A model generated the notes under the pieces. It saw nothing but the letters and a program-made list of their open reading frames with translations. It searched no databases and had not been told where the DNA came from. Positions 12,178 to 23,967 of a DNA stretch of 64,000 bases are shown here, piece by piece. Source of the DNA: Eutreptiella sp. 'Long Island Sound 2002' (Eukaryota > Protista > Euglenida); the NCBI GenBank assembly GCA_964036045.1, contig OZ038378.1, positions 103,974,001 to 104,038,000 on the forward strand, given 5' to 3'. The position numbers and the translations under genes were made by a program. Within the stretch, counting starts at the first letter, position 1; each line of letters starts with the position of its first letter.

Positions 12178-14330
12178 ATGAATCCGAAGGGGGGTGTAGA
12201 CCCCCTTGAGAATCATCGTGTGTGTCCTATACTTGTCTAGAGGGTAGGCGATGATTCCTAGGGCAGTGTAGACCCTCCTAGGAATCATGGTGTGGGTCCT
12301 ATACTTGTCTAGAGGGCACGGGATTATTCCTAAGGGGGTCTACACCCCCCTAGGAATGATCGCGTGGGCCCTATACTAGTCTACAAGGCACGCGAAGATC
12401 CCTAAGGGGGTGTAGACCCTCATAGGCATCATTGTGTGCTCTCTAGACTGGTGTAGAGGGCACACGATGATTCCTAAGGCGGTGTAGACCCCGCTAGGAC
12501 TCATCGCGTGGGCCCAACACTAGTCTACAAGGCACGCGATGATTCATACGGGGATGAGACCCTCCTAGGAATCATCGCGTGGGCCCTATACTTGTCTAGA
12601 CCGGCACGCGATGAATCCTAGGGCAGTGTAGAGCCTCCTAGGAATCATCGTGTTGGTCCTATAGTTGTCTAGAGGGCGCGAGATGATTCCTAAAGGGGTC
12701 TACATCCCCCTACGAATCATCGTGTGGGCCCTATACCAGTCTACAAGGCACATGACGATACCTAAGGGAGTGTACACCCCCCTAGGAATTATCGCGTGCC
12801 CTCTACATTGGTGTAAAGGGCACGCGATAATTCCTAAAGGGGGTTTAGATCCCCCTAGGATTCATGGTGTGGGTCCTATATTAGTATAGAGGGCACGCAA
12901 TGATTCCTAAGGGGGTGCGGCCCCTCCTAGGAATCATCGGGTGCCCTACAGACTAGTGTAGGCGGCATGCGATGATTCCTACGGCAGTGTAGACCCACCT
13001 AGGATTCATCGCGTGGGTCCTATGATAGTCTACAAGGCACGCGATGATTCCTAGGGGGGTGTAGACCCTCCCAGCAATCATCACTTGCCCTGTAGACCGC
13101 TGTAGAGGGCACGCGATGACTCCTAAGAGGGTGTGGAGCCCCCTAGGAATCATCGCATGCCCTCTAGAGTAGTGTAGAGGGCACAAGATGATTCCTATGG
13201 GGGTGTAGACCCGCCTAGGAATCAATGCGTGGGCCCTATACTAGTCTACAAGGCACACAATCATTCCTAGGGGGGTGTAGACCCTCCTAGAAATCATCGT
13301 GTGGGTCCTATATTTGTCTAAAGGGCAAAGGATGATTCTTAAGGGGGTGTAGACCCTCCAAGCAATCAACACGTGCCCTGTAGACTTGTGTAGAGGGCAC
13401 ACGATGATTCCTAGGGCAGTGTAGATCCCCCTAGGAAGCATCGCGTGGGTCCCATACTAGTCTACAAGGCAAGCGATGATTTCTGAGGTGGTGTAGACCC
13501 TCCTAGGGATCATCGCGTGCCTACTAGACTGGTGTAGAGGGCATGCGATGATTCCTAAGGGGATGTAGATCCCCCTAGAAATCATCGCATGGGCCATATA
13601 CTAGTATACAAGGCACACGATGATTCCTACGGGGGTGTAGACCCCCCTAGCAATCATCGTGTAGGCCATATATTAGTCTAGACTGCATGCGATGGTTCCT
13701 CAGGGGGTGTAGACCCCCCTAGGAATCGTCCCGTGCCCTGTCGATGGGTGTAGAGGGCACACAATGATTCCTAGGGGGATGTAGACCCCCATTGGAATCA
13801 TCCTGTGGGCCACATATTAGTCTAGATGGCACGCCATGATTCCTAGGGGCATGTAGAGGGCACGTGATGAATCTTCAGGGGTTCAGACCCCCCTAGGAAT
13901 CATCGAATGCCGTCTAGACCGGTGGAGAGGGCACGCGATGATTCCTAAGGGGGTGCAAACCCCCCTAGGAATCATCGCGTGGGCCATATACTAGTATACA
14001 AGGCACACGATGATTCCTAGAGGGGTGTGGAACCCCCTAGCAATCATCGTTTGGGCCATATATTAGTCCGGACGGCACGCGATGGTTCCTAAGGGGGTGT
14101 AGACCCCCCTAGGAATCCTCACATGCCCTGTAGATTGGTGTTGAGGGGGACAATGATTCCTAGGGGGGTGTAGATCCCCCTAGGAATCATCGTGTGGACC
14201 ACATATTAGTCTACATGGCACGCGATGATTCTTAGGGACGTGTAGACCCCCCTAGGAATTGTCGTATGCCCTCTAGACTAGTGTACAGGGCACGCGATCA
14301 TTCTTAAGGGACTGTAGACCCACAGGTTGG
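12178..14330. repeat. 72-bp double-hairpin tandem array, ~30 units
   Basis: Period 72 (unit starts 12251, 12323, 12395). Each unit is GCGATGATTCCTAGGGGG-tgtaga-CCCCCTAGGAATCATCGC plus a second hairpin, either GTGCCCTCTAGACTAGTGTAGAGGGCAC or GTGGGCCCTATACTAGTCTACAAGGCAC. Confidence 0.95.
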
Positions 14331-14974
14331 TCAACCCTCATCACAACCATGGTGTAGCCTTGAGCGGCAGCCATCCTTCCAACTCCCACAGCACCCAATA
14401 GCCTTGCCCACTGCCTCCAAATTGAATGCCCTAGACTATGGGCCGGATGACGGCTTGGTGGCATGGTTTACACAACGGTTGCTTGACGGTGACAGGTTCC
14501 CGGCCAAGGCATCTGAGTTCTACAGTGTCCATGAGATGGAACCCGCTGGGGTGTGGGCATAGAAGAACGACACACAGGCACAGGTTCGGTACGACCCTAC
14601 CATGTCCCCATCAGTGTACTTCTCCTTCCCTTGCAAGGGCTTTGCCCTAAGGTGTTGCACCAGTGTGACCTCTCATGGTTGCAAACGGGTTGTGTGGGCC
14701 ACCCTTTCCAACCCACCCCAGTCACCAACATCTTGTGTGTCATCTTGCACAAGGACATAGGGAAGGGCCCACTTAGTGAAGTCACGGAGGGTCACCCCAA
14801 AGGGATGGGTGTACTAATGTTCCCCAGCAGATCTCTGACCTGCACTGCCACTTCCTTTCGCCGAGTGTTGGCCATGATGCGCTCAAAGTCCAGCAACTAG
14901 TCAACATGGCCGGGTGCATACCCCAGGGGTCACGCCCCCTCCTGCCCTTCTTCCAAGGCTTCCACAGCTAGTGC

Positions 14975-14976
<2 letters not shown>

Positions 14977-15005
<29 letters not shown>
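14977..15005. repeat. (CA)n microsatellite
   Basis: Perfect CA run. Confidence 0.95.
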
Positions 15006-15129
15006 CAACCGGTAGATCGTGCCCTGCCTAACCCTATCAATGACTCTAGCCTCCCTCAATACCCCCGACAACTCAAGGGTGGTGCCCAAAGTGGCTGACC
15101 TAGCTTACCACTGGACAGCATTTAGTGCA

Positions 15130-15760
15130 GCTATCCATGCACCAAGGGTGTGGTGGTTAGTTCACGCCACAAATCGCCCAAAGAGGAGGAGCTTAGATTG
15201 TGCCCTGCTGGTTAGTGTGTTTGCCCTCTATACATGGCTCATGCTCCCTGGAATGGGACACACCAGGGATTTCCAAGATGCCTTGGGCTTGCAGCCCTTG
15301 GAACCGATCTAGTGTAGCAATCGCCGAGAGGATAGGGTGCCCGCCATCACAAATACGCGCACCAACAAGCTACACACGATGCTAGAGCCACACCATTTGG
15401 GCATAGTGTGTAGTCACTACCGCCAATGACCTATCCGGGTAAGTACCTGCCCTGACTACGAGCTCCAAGAAACGGCACACCAGCAGCCCCTCCTCCATAC
15501 TCATGTTCCCAGCTGAGGCCAACACATCATGCATCTTCATGCACTTCCATGCATGTACCACATAGCTCTGCGGTCTTTGCAGGTCCCGTTTCCCCAAAAT
15601 TTCCTCCAGTTGTTTCCCCCACCTGTCCGTATCTAGGTCCACCATGCGGATTGGGTTTCTGAAGGACTGGGTCAAGCAGGGGTTGGAGAGATGAGTGGTA
15701 ACAATCAAGGGCCCCCCGTGACAACAAGGCACGCATGATGATAGCCAGTGGCATGTTCAT
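15130..15760 (-). pseudogene. C-terminal half (AAA_12-like) of a Upf1/DNA2-type SF1 helicase
   Basis: LTQSFR (motif IV-like); EGLLVCRFLELVV...SLAVVTTHYAQ (cf. IxVITPYxAQ); IATLDRFQGLQA (motif V, TVDSFQGxE); RANTLTSRAQSKLLLFG (motif VI, RLNVAxTRA). Interrupted by stops and frameshifts. Confidence 0.75.
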
Positions 15761-15829
15761 GCGGTACTAGTGTGCCACGATACCGGCACGGCACCGCATG
15801 CGGTACAAAAAGAATTGCAAGGTGCCCCG

Positions 15830-16460
15830 CTAGGAATGATCGCGTGCCCTGTACACCACTCTAGAGGTCACGCGATGCTTCCTAGGGGGGTGTGCACCCC
15901 CTTAGAAATCATTGCGTGCCCTTTGGACTAATATAGGGCCAAGCGATGATTCCTAGGAGGTTCCACACTGCCCTAGGAATCAACGCGTGCCGTGTAGACC
16001 GGTATAGGACCCACAGGATGATTTCTAGGAGGACCTACACTGCCCTAGGGCCGATCGCGTGCCCTCTAGACAAGTGTAGGACCCACACAATGATTCCTAG
16101 GGAGCGTACACCCCTCTAGGAATTATCGTGTGGGCCCCAAACTAGTCTACATCGCGTGCCTTGTAGACTAGTATAGGGCCCGCAGGATGATTCCCAAGGG
16201 GGTCCACACATCCCTAGGACTCATTGTGTGCCCTCTACACCAGTCTACAGGGCACCCGATGATTCCTAGGGGGGTCTACACGCCCCCAGGAATCATCGTG
16301 TACCCTCTAGACAAGTATAGGACCCACGCGAAGATTCCTAGGTGGGTCTACAGCCCCCTAGGAATCATTGCGTGCCTTGTAGACTAGTATAGGGCTCAAA
16401 CGATGATTCCTAGGGGGGTCTACGACCCCTTAGGAATCATCGCGTGCCCTTGAGACAGGT
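15830..16460. repeat. Second 72-bp double-hairpin array, ~9 units, inverted relative to the first
   Basis: Same stems; the loops are reverse complements (gtctacac; gtgccttgtagactagtatagggccc). Confidence 0.9.
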
Positions 16461-17207
16461 GTAGAACGTGTTTGCCCATTCTAGGCAACGATCCATGCCA
16501 TTCCTTCGTCCAGCTTTTTTTTGCCTCACTACACCCTGTCCGGTGTAGATATCCGTTCTGTGACCTCAACCCTAGCGTTGTAGGCCTCAGAAGTCAATTG
16601 GCCCGAATGCAACTACGTTCATTATTCTGTGTCACTGACCCACAACAGTTCGTTCTGGTCAAAGCCCTCGCGCTCAGGGACCGAACCTTGTCCCACCCGC
16701 TGCGGTCCCCTTGCAACTACATTCATTGCTGTGTGCCATTAAGCCACAGCAGCTGGTTTCGGTCCAAGCCCTCGCGTTCACCGCCTGAACCTTGTCCCAA
16801 CCAGTGCGTGCCACTGAGCCGCAAAACTCTGTTTGTGGTCAGAGCCATAACGCTACTGACGCAAACTCATTCATACTGGTATCTTGTGGACAAGCTAGTG
16901 AGCCTGAGGAGAAGCCGCCTGGGCACTTTGACTACCACGGGCCTTCGCTTGATGGCCCGCGTGAGTTGTGGGAGCCCCATAGTGGTCAAGGTTGCGGACC
17001 CTACAAGCCATGAGACACACCCAAACCATTAATGGTGGTGGTGCACGAGCCCTACAATGGACCTGCCTCCTGACTGGCCACCAGACCAAGTATTGGCGCA
17101 GGCAAGATTGCAGTATGGCGTGTTGTTGGCCACTGGACAATTGGGATGGGGATCCACCCCTGAGGTGGTAACGGACCTCTGCACGCGTTTCAGGAACCGC
17201 ATGCTTA

Positions 17208-20200
17208 GGCGGCTCTATACGCACATAGACTTCGTTGCTAAAAGGCACAATTCATGGCGATTTCAACATCCGCTTTTTGCACCCAAAAAAAGCATATCAT
17301 TTTTTCGGCCAACCCCACGTGTATTTTTTTCGTGGGATACAACAACCTCGCCTTTTGTTGCTCTTAGAGCTGCACATATACACCCCCGCTTCAGGGCTTG
17401 GAATCTTAGCATTTGAAATTTTTGGGCACTGCAGTGCCCAAACCTTCTGGTTGTACTTTTTAGGGGGGTCATTGAAAGTGTGTGTCTAGTTGTCTCTATA
17501 GGTGAATCCACATTGCACAAAGTTACTCCACGCTTGCCCCCCTCTTGTCAATCGGGTCGTAACGTGTTGTTGTTGTTCTCATAGGCGCTTGTACGATGTA
17601 TTGAAACGGAACTCTCACATTCATGTACCCAGTATGGGCTAAAATTTGACTTTCACTACTTTTGAGCACTGCAGTGCCCAAATTTTTAAAAAGTTGGCAA
17701 ATTTACCCGCTTCAATTCATTGTGGTGCATAGGTTCCTCGAAGGGCAAGAAAGGCCAACACCTGTGCTTGCGTTGCGTTGGGTGGCATTCATGGTACCAA
17801 ATATTTTTTGGCTACGGAGAGACAGACAAACCGACAGGCAAGCAGACAAACAGACAGATAGACACAGAGAGGCATACAGAGAGTCCGACAGACACCCTGA
17901 GAGACGGACAGACAGGTAGACAGATGGACACATAGACAAACGGACAGACCGACAGGCAAACAAACAAACAGACAAACAAATAGACACACAGACAGACAAC
18001 GGACGGACAAATGGACGGACGGAGGGATAGACAGAGAGACACATAGATAGACACACGGAAGACAAATAGACATACGAAACAAGACAGACGAACGGATGGA
18101 CAGGCGGATGGACGGAGAGATAGACACACTATCTGTCCTCCTGCTACCACAATGCTGCTCCATCATGCATGTACAGAACCTTGCAAAAAACATTGACAGC
18201 GTTCCGCCCAGATGATCATGCAAATGGGCTTTGGGTTCATTTGGGCACTGCGGTTCCCAAAATTTAGGAAATCAATATTTTGAGGTCTCTAATGTCTTGT
18301 CCAGTGCATGCCTCATAGTCTGATCCCCTATGGCAAGCGTTACCGGATCTCGCCACAATTCATGCTAGGTATGTGCAACGTAATCGTCCACATGATCAAA
18401 TACCCCCCTCTATTCTTCTTCCCCATTCGACGGTGATGAAGTACACCCCGTATAAGTGTTGTGCTAGATCTTCAACACTTTGGCACCAATATTCTAGTAG
18501 GGGCATTGTCGGTCGATGCAATTAGGTCGTCTGTGTGTAGTATAATGGTTGACATGATGAATGCCACCCCTCTCTAGAGCACGACCGTGCGCGGTGATGA
18601 AGCAGACCTCTATACAATTGTTGTGCCACTGGTCCAACACTTTCACACACGTTTTTTACCAGGGGCATTGAAGGTAGAGACAAACATGGTTGTCTGTGCG
18701 GAGTCTTGCACCATCTACAGCCATTTTAGAAATAACAACCACAAATTGTGATGAAACACTCGAAAACACGATTGACTCCGTGTTGGAAGACACCCTATAG
18801 GCGACCGAATCCGCATCCACCCTCAAGGCCCCTAGTAAAAAATGCGTGTGAAAGTGTTGGACCAATGGCATAACACTTGTGCAGGAGTGTACCTGAGCAC
18901 CGCGCAACGGTGGTGCACTGGAGAGTGGGGGTGTTCATCATATCAACCATTACACTACACACGGACAACCAAACTCCATCAACCAACAATGCCCCTACTA
19001 GAATAAGTGTGCCAAAGTTTTGAAGATCAAGGCAACACCTATACGGGGTGTATTTCATCAACATGGAATGGCGCAGTAGTTTAGAGGGGGGGATTTGATC
19101 ACGTGGATGATTACATTGCACATATCGTGCACAACTGATGGCAAGACCCGATAATGGTTGCTACAGGGGGTGAGACTTTGAGGCAGGCACCCGACATAGT
19201 ACATTAGAGACCTCAAAATGTTGGTTTGTAATATTTTGGGAACTGCGGCTCCCAAATGAACTCAAAACCCGTTTGCATGATATAATCTGGGCGGAAGGAG
19301 GTCAATGTTCTGTGCGCAACGTTGTGCAGATGCATGAGGGAGCAACCGTGTGGTAGTAGGAGGACAACCATTGTACCTGTCTCTCGGTCTGTCCATGTGT
19401 CCGTCCGTCCGTCTGTCTTGTCTTGTCTGACGGTTTGTCTTTTGTGTTTCCCTCTTTGTGTCTCTCTGTCCCACAGTCCGTCCGTCCAGTCGTCCGTCCG
19501 TCTGTCTGTTGTCTGCCTGTATGTCTGTCTATTTGTCTGTCTGTTTGTTTGCCTGTCGGTCTGTCCATCCGTGTATGTGTCTATGTGTTCGTCCGTTTGT
19601 CGGGGTGTCCATCGGACTGTCTCTCTGTCTATCTGTCTGTTTGTCTGCTTGCGTGTCGGTTTGTCTGTCTCTCCGTAGCCAAAAAATATTTGGTACCATG
19701 AATGCCACCCAACGCAACGCAAGCACAAGCGTTGGCTTTTCTTGCCCTTCGAGGAACCTATGCACCACAATGAATTGAAGCGGGTAAATTTGCCAACTTT
19801 TTAAAAATTTGGGCACTGCAGTGCTCAAAAGTAGTGAAAGTCAAATTTTAGCCCATACGGGGTACATGAATGTGAGAGTTCCGTTTCAATACATCGTACA
19901 AGCGCCTATGAGAACGACAACAACACATTACGACCCATTTCACAATAGGGTCGCAAGCTTGGTGTAACCTTTTGCTTTGTTTTGGGTGCGGACTGCACAC
20001 TGCCATGTGTCTTGTGTCACACAGGTGTGAGACTGGTGCCCTTTTTCATGTTTTCGTAATTTTGGGCGCCGCAGTGCCCAAATTCATCCACTCGCCTTTT
20101 TTCTACCCCTCTTGCGCCATTTCTTTTGCAGGCATTGTTGCCCTCATTTATTATTGCATTGGCTGCACTGGCGGCGCCTCCATTGCTTGTTGGCTGCACT

Positions 20201-20611
20201 GGTGGTGCATTGTTTGTCACGCTTCGCATACAATCACAGTGACTGGGTCAGCAGACGCGGTAACAAAAAGCAAACCAGATTTTTGCATGTGTTTGCCTGT
20301 CGTCCTCCTTGCTTCATTTTTTAGGTTGCATTTTACGGTGTGGTTTGAAATGCAGCAGCGGATGATTTGGAAGAATTGGATTTTTCTTTGGATGGACACT
20401 GCAGTCCCCAAATTTGAAGGGGATACATGACTTTTGACTGGCACATGTTGTACCCCCTACACACAGTCATTTTTGATAATTCACAGGTTTTTGGGGGTGT
20501 TCCCTGCAAAGCACAATTGTGCAATTTTTCAAAGTGGTTTTTCAGCCCCCGTTTTGGGGTGGTACCCATTTGGGAACTGTGGCAATTTTGCTATGTGCGT
20601 ATAGAGCCGCC
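17208..20611. mobile_element. 3.4-kb non-autonomous TIR element with an apparent TA target duplication
   Basis: Perfect 21-bp TIR GGCGGCTCTATACGCACATAG at 17208-17228 and its reverse complement at 20591-20611, with TA on both sides. No transposase ORF was found inside. Confidence 0.8.
17517..19975. repeat. Large internal inverted repeat (~1.15-kb arms, ~145-bp spacer) containing GACA/GACG microsatellite tracts
   Basis: 17581-17830 is the reverse complement of 19670-19915; the inner parts 18240-18674 and 18822-19260 are also complementary but more diverged. Confidence 0.9.
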
Positions 20612-21017
20612 TAAGGCATGGCAACATGTGATCTCGATGTGGTGGATCACAATGGTTCCAGGGCATTGTGTCGGTTCATGTACACCGAGTACGGGTTTGC
20701 CATACCCCCCGTGCACGATGCGGGCAGTAGTGTGCACTATCCTCAGGTTGCTACGGCACTGTGGGAGCGGCTGAGGCAACGGCACACCGGTCGTTCTGGT
20801 GGTTGCTTAGGCGCACTGGGGGTGTGGCCAAGCAATGTGAAGCCGGCACAACACAGGACAATCTGGTGGTCATTGGTGTGTGCACTACGAAATGTTTGGG
20901 TGTTAGCTTGCAACAGTGCGGGTTCTTGACAACGCATGGAGGGAGGATAGGGGGTCTCGCGATGTTGAATGAATTGGTGGCTCTCATGGAGGAGGCCGTT
21001 GTCCATCGAGCATACAC

Positions 21018-21490
21018 ACAGCACCCAAGTCCACAAGGGCACCCTGGAGGTGACCCCAATGACTCCACATCCTCTGCCGTAGCGCAAGGGCACGGAGCAG
21101 TAGTCCTCAGTACACGAGGCCACCCAAGCGGTGCGTCCGATGACCCCACTTTGTCTGCCTCCACGCAGGGGCATGTTCCCCTAGCAGGTGCACAAAGTAT
21201 GGGCAGCTATGCTACGTTGACCCCTTGAGGGGTGCTTAGTCCACAAGGCCCCCCAAGAGGTGTTTCGAATGACGGCACTGCCGGTGCCGCATTGCAAGGG
21301 CGTGGAGGACCACCCCACATTCCACAAGGCGTCCCAGGATGTGATATGAATGACTCCACTGCCTCTGCCGCAGCGCAAGGGCACGGAGCAGCACCCAGCA
21401 TTCCACGAAGCCACCCAAGAGGTGACCCAAGTGACACCGGGGCCTCTGCCACAGAGCAAGGGCAAGGAGCACCACTCCACAGGCCCCAGG
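21018..21490 (+). repeat. ~81-bp (27-aa) in-frame coding repeat in the linker upstream of the helicase relic
   Basis: Peptide units QGHPGGDPNDSTSSAVAQGHGA / QGVPGCDMNDSTASAAAQGHGA / RSHPRGDPSDTGASATEQGQGA. Confidence 0.7.
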
Positions 21491-22049
21491 GCTACCCCAC
21501 ATTTGAGTCACCGTGCATTGCATCTATGGTCACCCCATAGCGTGAAACTCTAGGACCTTCCTTTGCCCCCCCCTGTAGTGGTGCACACTGCATGTCTAAC
21601 ACATACATCCAATGACGGGGAGGTGGCTAGCTGCTTGGAGAAGTCCCCTGTACCACTTGCACAGCGGCCTAAGGAGCCAATTGCTGTGGATTGTAGTCCT
21701 TGCCGCATAGGCACCGTGGCAACGGTGAGGGCATGTAGTCAATCTAGTAGTGATTCCGTCAGCGAGTACCCAATTTGCTTGGAACAAAGCCCCCTGAGGA
21801 GAACGCCTCGAGCTCTTCCACCTCCTAGTAATGCAGGGGCAACCCCTGCCCGAAAATGTGCCAAGACAGAACTAGGCACTAAGACAGGCCCTCTGGATTC
21901 TGATGCTCAATTAGCCACTGTGCAACGGACGCCCCTCAAGGCCAATGCGAACCGGGACTTGCCAACCATCAAGTCTGTGAAGTTACGCCTTTTACCAGAC
22001 CAATTCGTTGCAAGAGCCTGCTTCTTCTATTCTGTGGCCCAAAGCATGC

Positions 22050-23300
22050 ATGCAGTTGGTAATGACAGCCCCCTGTGACACACATCGCTCCGGGCAAAAG
22101 CCATGGCCGTCTATCGTGAAATATGTGGCTTTTCAGTTGAGGAGTGTGTACTATTAGTGAACAGGGATCTTGAGAAGGGGACATGTGGTGCCCGCCCCCA
22201 AGGCGGTGTGTCCGTGCACTTTGCTAGTTTGGTAGGGCATGTGATTAGTAGTGTGGTGCTGTTGCGAACCAATAGGTACAACATTGTGGCATCATCATTC
22301 GGGATGGACATTGCGTTGACATCAGTTGTTGTCTGGGTGCCTGGACGTATGGCTCCACTGTGTTTCCATGGGTATGGAGATATGGAGGAGCACTGCCAAA
22401 GGGCAACCCTGGTGGTTTCTTGCTGATGCAGAACGTGATGATTATGGGAGTGGTGGCCATTTCCGCGGAGCAGTCTTTGATCGGTCATTGCACGTAGTCC
22501 CTTTTTGCACATTGCATGGGATGGTGAGGATGTTGCCATACAGGCCCGGGCGAGTTGGGCGGTTCTAGAGTGCAGATTTGTAGCTAGTGTTTGGTGGTAT
22601 GAAGGGCCACGACAATGCAACAGACGTCCGTCAGACTCGTGTAGTGCTACAAACGCGGAACTGCAAACCACTGGTGACCTTGGTGAACCTAATTGCGAGG
22701 CAGTTGTTGCCCAAATGGTTGACATGGACTACCATGCAGTTGTGTTGCAATGTGCTTACAAAGCTGCATCGGCACTTGCATGACTCATCCCTTTGGTTGG
22801 CAGTGTTCTCCATAGGACGGCACACACGGTGCATATATAAGTACACTTGCTCAAGGAGGAGTCCCACCGCCACGCCCTCTGCAATGGTACATCGGACTAT
22901 TGCGCCAAGGGACAATTGGCACACAAAAACCCGGGCCTTTGAGAGCCGTCTACGTGGCGCCCAATTACACTACCAGCTCCATTTCATGCCATCACTCCCA
23001 GCACCAAGTGTTAAATAGGTCTCCGTTTGGGTACCGAATCGGGAGCCCTACTTCACCCACGACAAGGTGTATGGCTACCTCAACCCCATCCAGCCCCTTA
23101 TGAAATTGAAGGGTTCTCTGCACAGTGCAAAGTTTATGTACGACTTCCAAGGTGTGAGGGCAAGGGCTGGGCAGCATGGAGGCAATATGCTTGGTGAACG
23201 GGTCGGCATGGTTCCCCCGGTGCACATAGCTTCGCCATATCATCGGGTGCTATTGTTGAGGATGCCAAGTGGGGCAATGGGAGAGAAACCGGGGCTCGAC
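22050..23300 (+). pseudogene. Degraded Upf1-like SF1 helicase (full core), end of a larger broken ORF starting near 17 kb
   Basis: Motifs in order across frames: APGKSH (Walker A-like, ~22085), EDVAIQ (Walker B-like, ~22525), YEGPRQ (motif III, GDxxQ), LQCAYK (motif IV), YDFQGVR (motif V, ~23140), degenerate motif VI. Confidence 0.6.
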
Positions 23301-23967
23301 ATGCCTATTGGTGCCAGTCCAGGGGGCGCCGGTTTGGAGGGTGCTCTTTCCGCAAGAGCCATGGGCACGTGCACGGGCCATGCAAACAAGCATAGTGTGG
23401 GCCAAACTAGCTTGAGAATTGGTGCCGCCCCCAGAACGGCCGGCCAACACGGTTGCACAAAGGACACGTGTGTGCTAGGGGCGCATCCTCGGGTGACACC
23501 CAAGGTTGGAGTGCAGCCGGCACCTAACCGAACCTACTTGTCAGACGCAGCCTCCACGAGAGCACTGAATGGAATGAATAACCCCGCGGCGTTAGGACGT
23601 GTCACTAGTGGCTACCAAAGAAGTCATTCGCCCAGCCTTTTCCACCCGTCCTGGGCCTGCTCGGCTGTAGTTGGCCATTTTTTCAACTTGCTGCCGCGCT
23701 TGTCAGGAGCGCCATCCGGCACGAGGGAGCGCCGAGGTGGTCTCCCGACCTGCGCGCTGTTGGCGGGCACCACCATTGACCGCACTTGGAGCCCCCACGG
23801 TGCGTACAGTGGTTCAGCACGTTTTTTGTGTCATGTCGGGCCAAAGAGCTAATGAGGAGTGAACCCCCCCCGCCTCACGCGCCCCCATGAATCCCCCCCT
23901 CCCCTGCCCCCCCCCAGAGAACGGAGTGCACCGCGTGGAAACACCACTGCACGCAGGCCTAGTGTTC

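Noticed and set aside
12178-14330. CRISPR array (palindromic repeats)
   Set aside because: No unique spacers (only two recurring hairpin variants) and no cas-like ORFs; it is a satellite.
19673-19681. Dinoflagellate spliced-leader relic (CCGTAGCCA; also TTTTGGCTCAA near 61850)
   Set aside because: Only 9-11-nt partial matches embedded in other repeats; expected by chance.
17660-19830. Cys/Leu/Ser- or Arg/Gln/Thr/Asp-rich ORFs
   Set aside because: Translations of GACA/TGTC microsatellite tracts.
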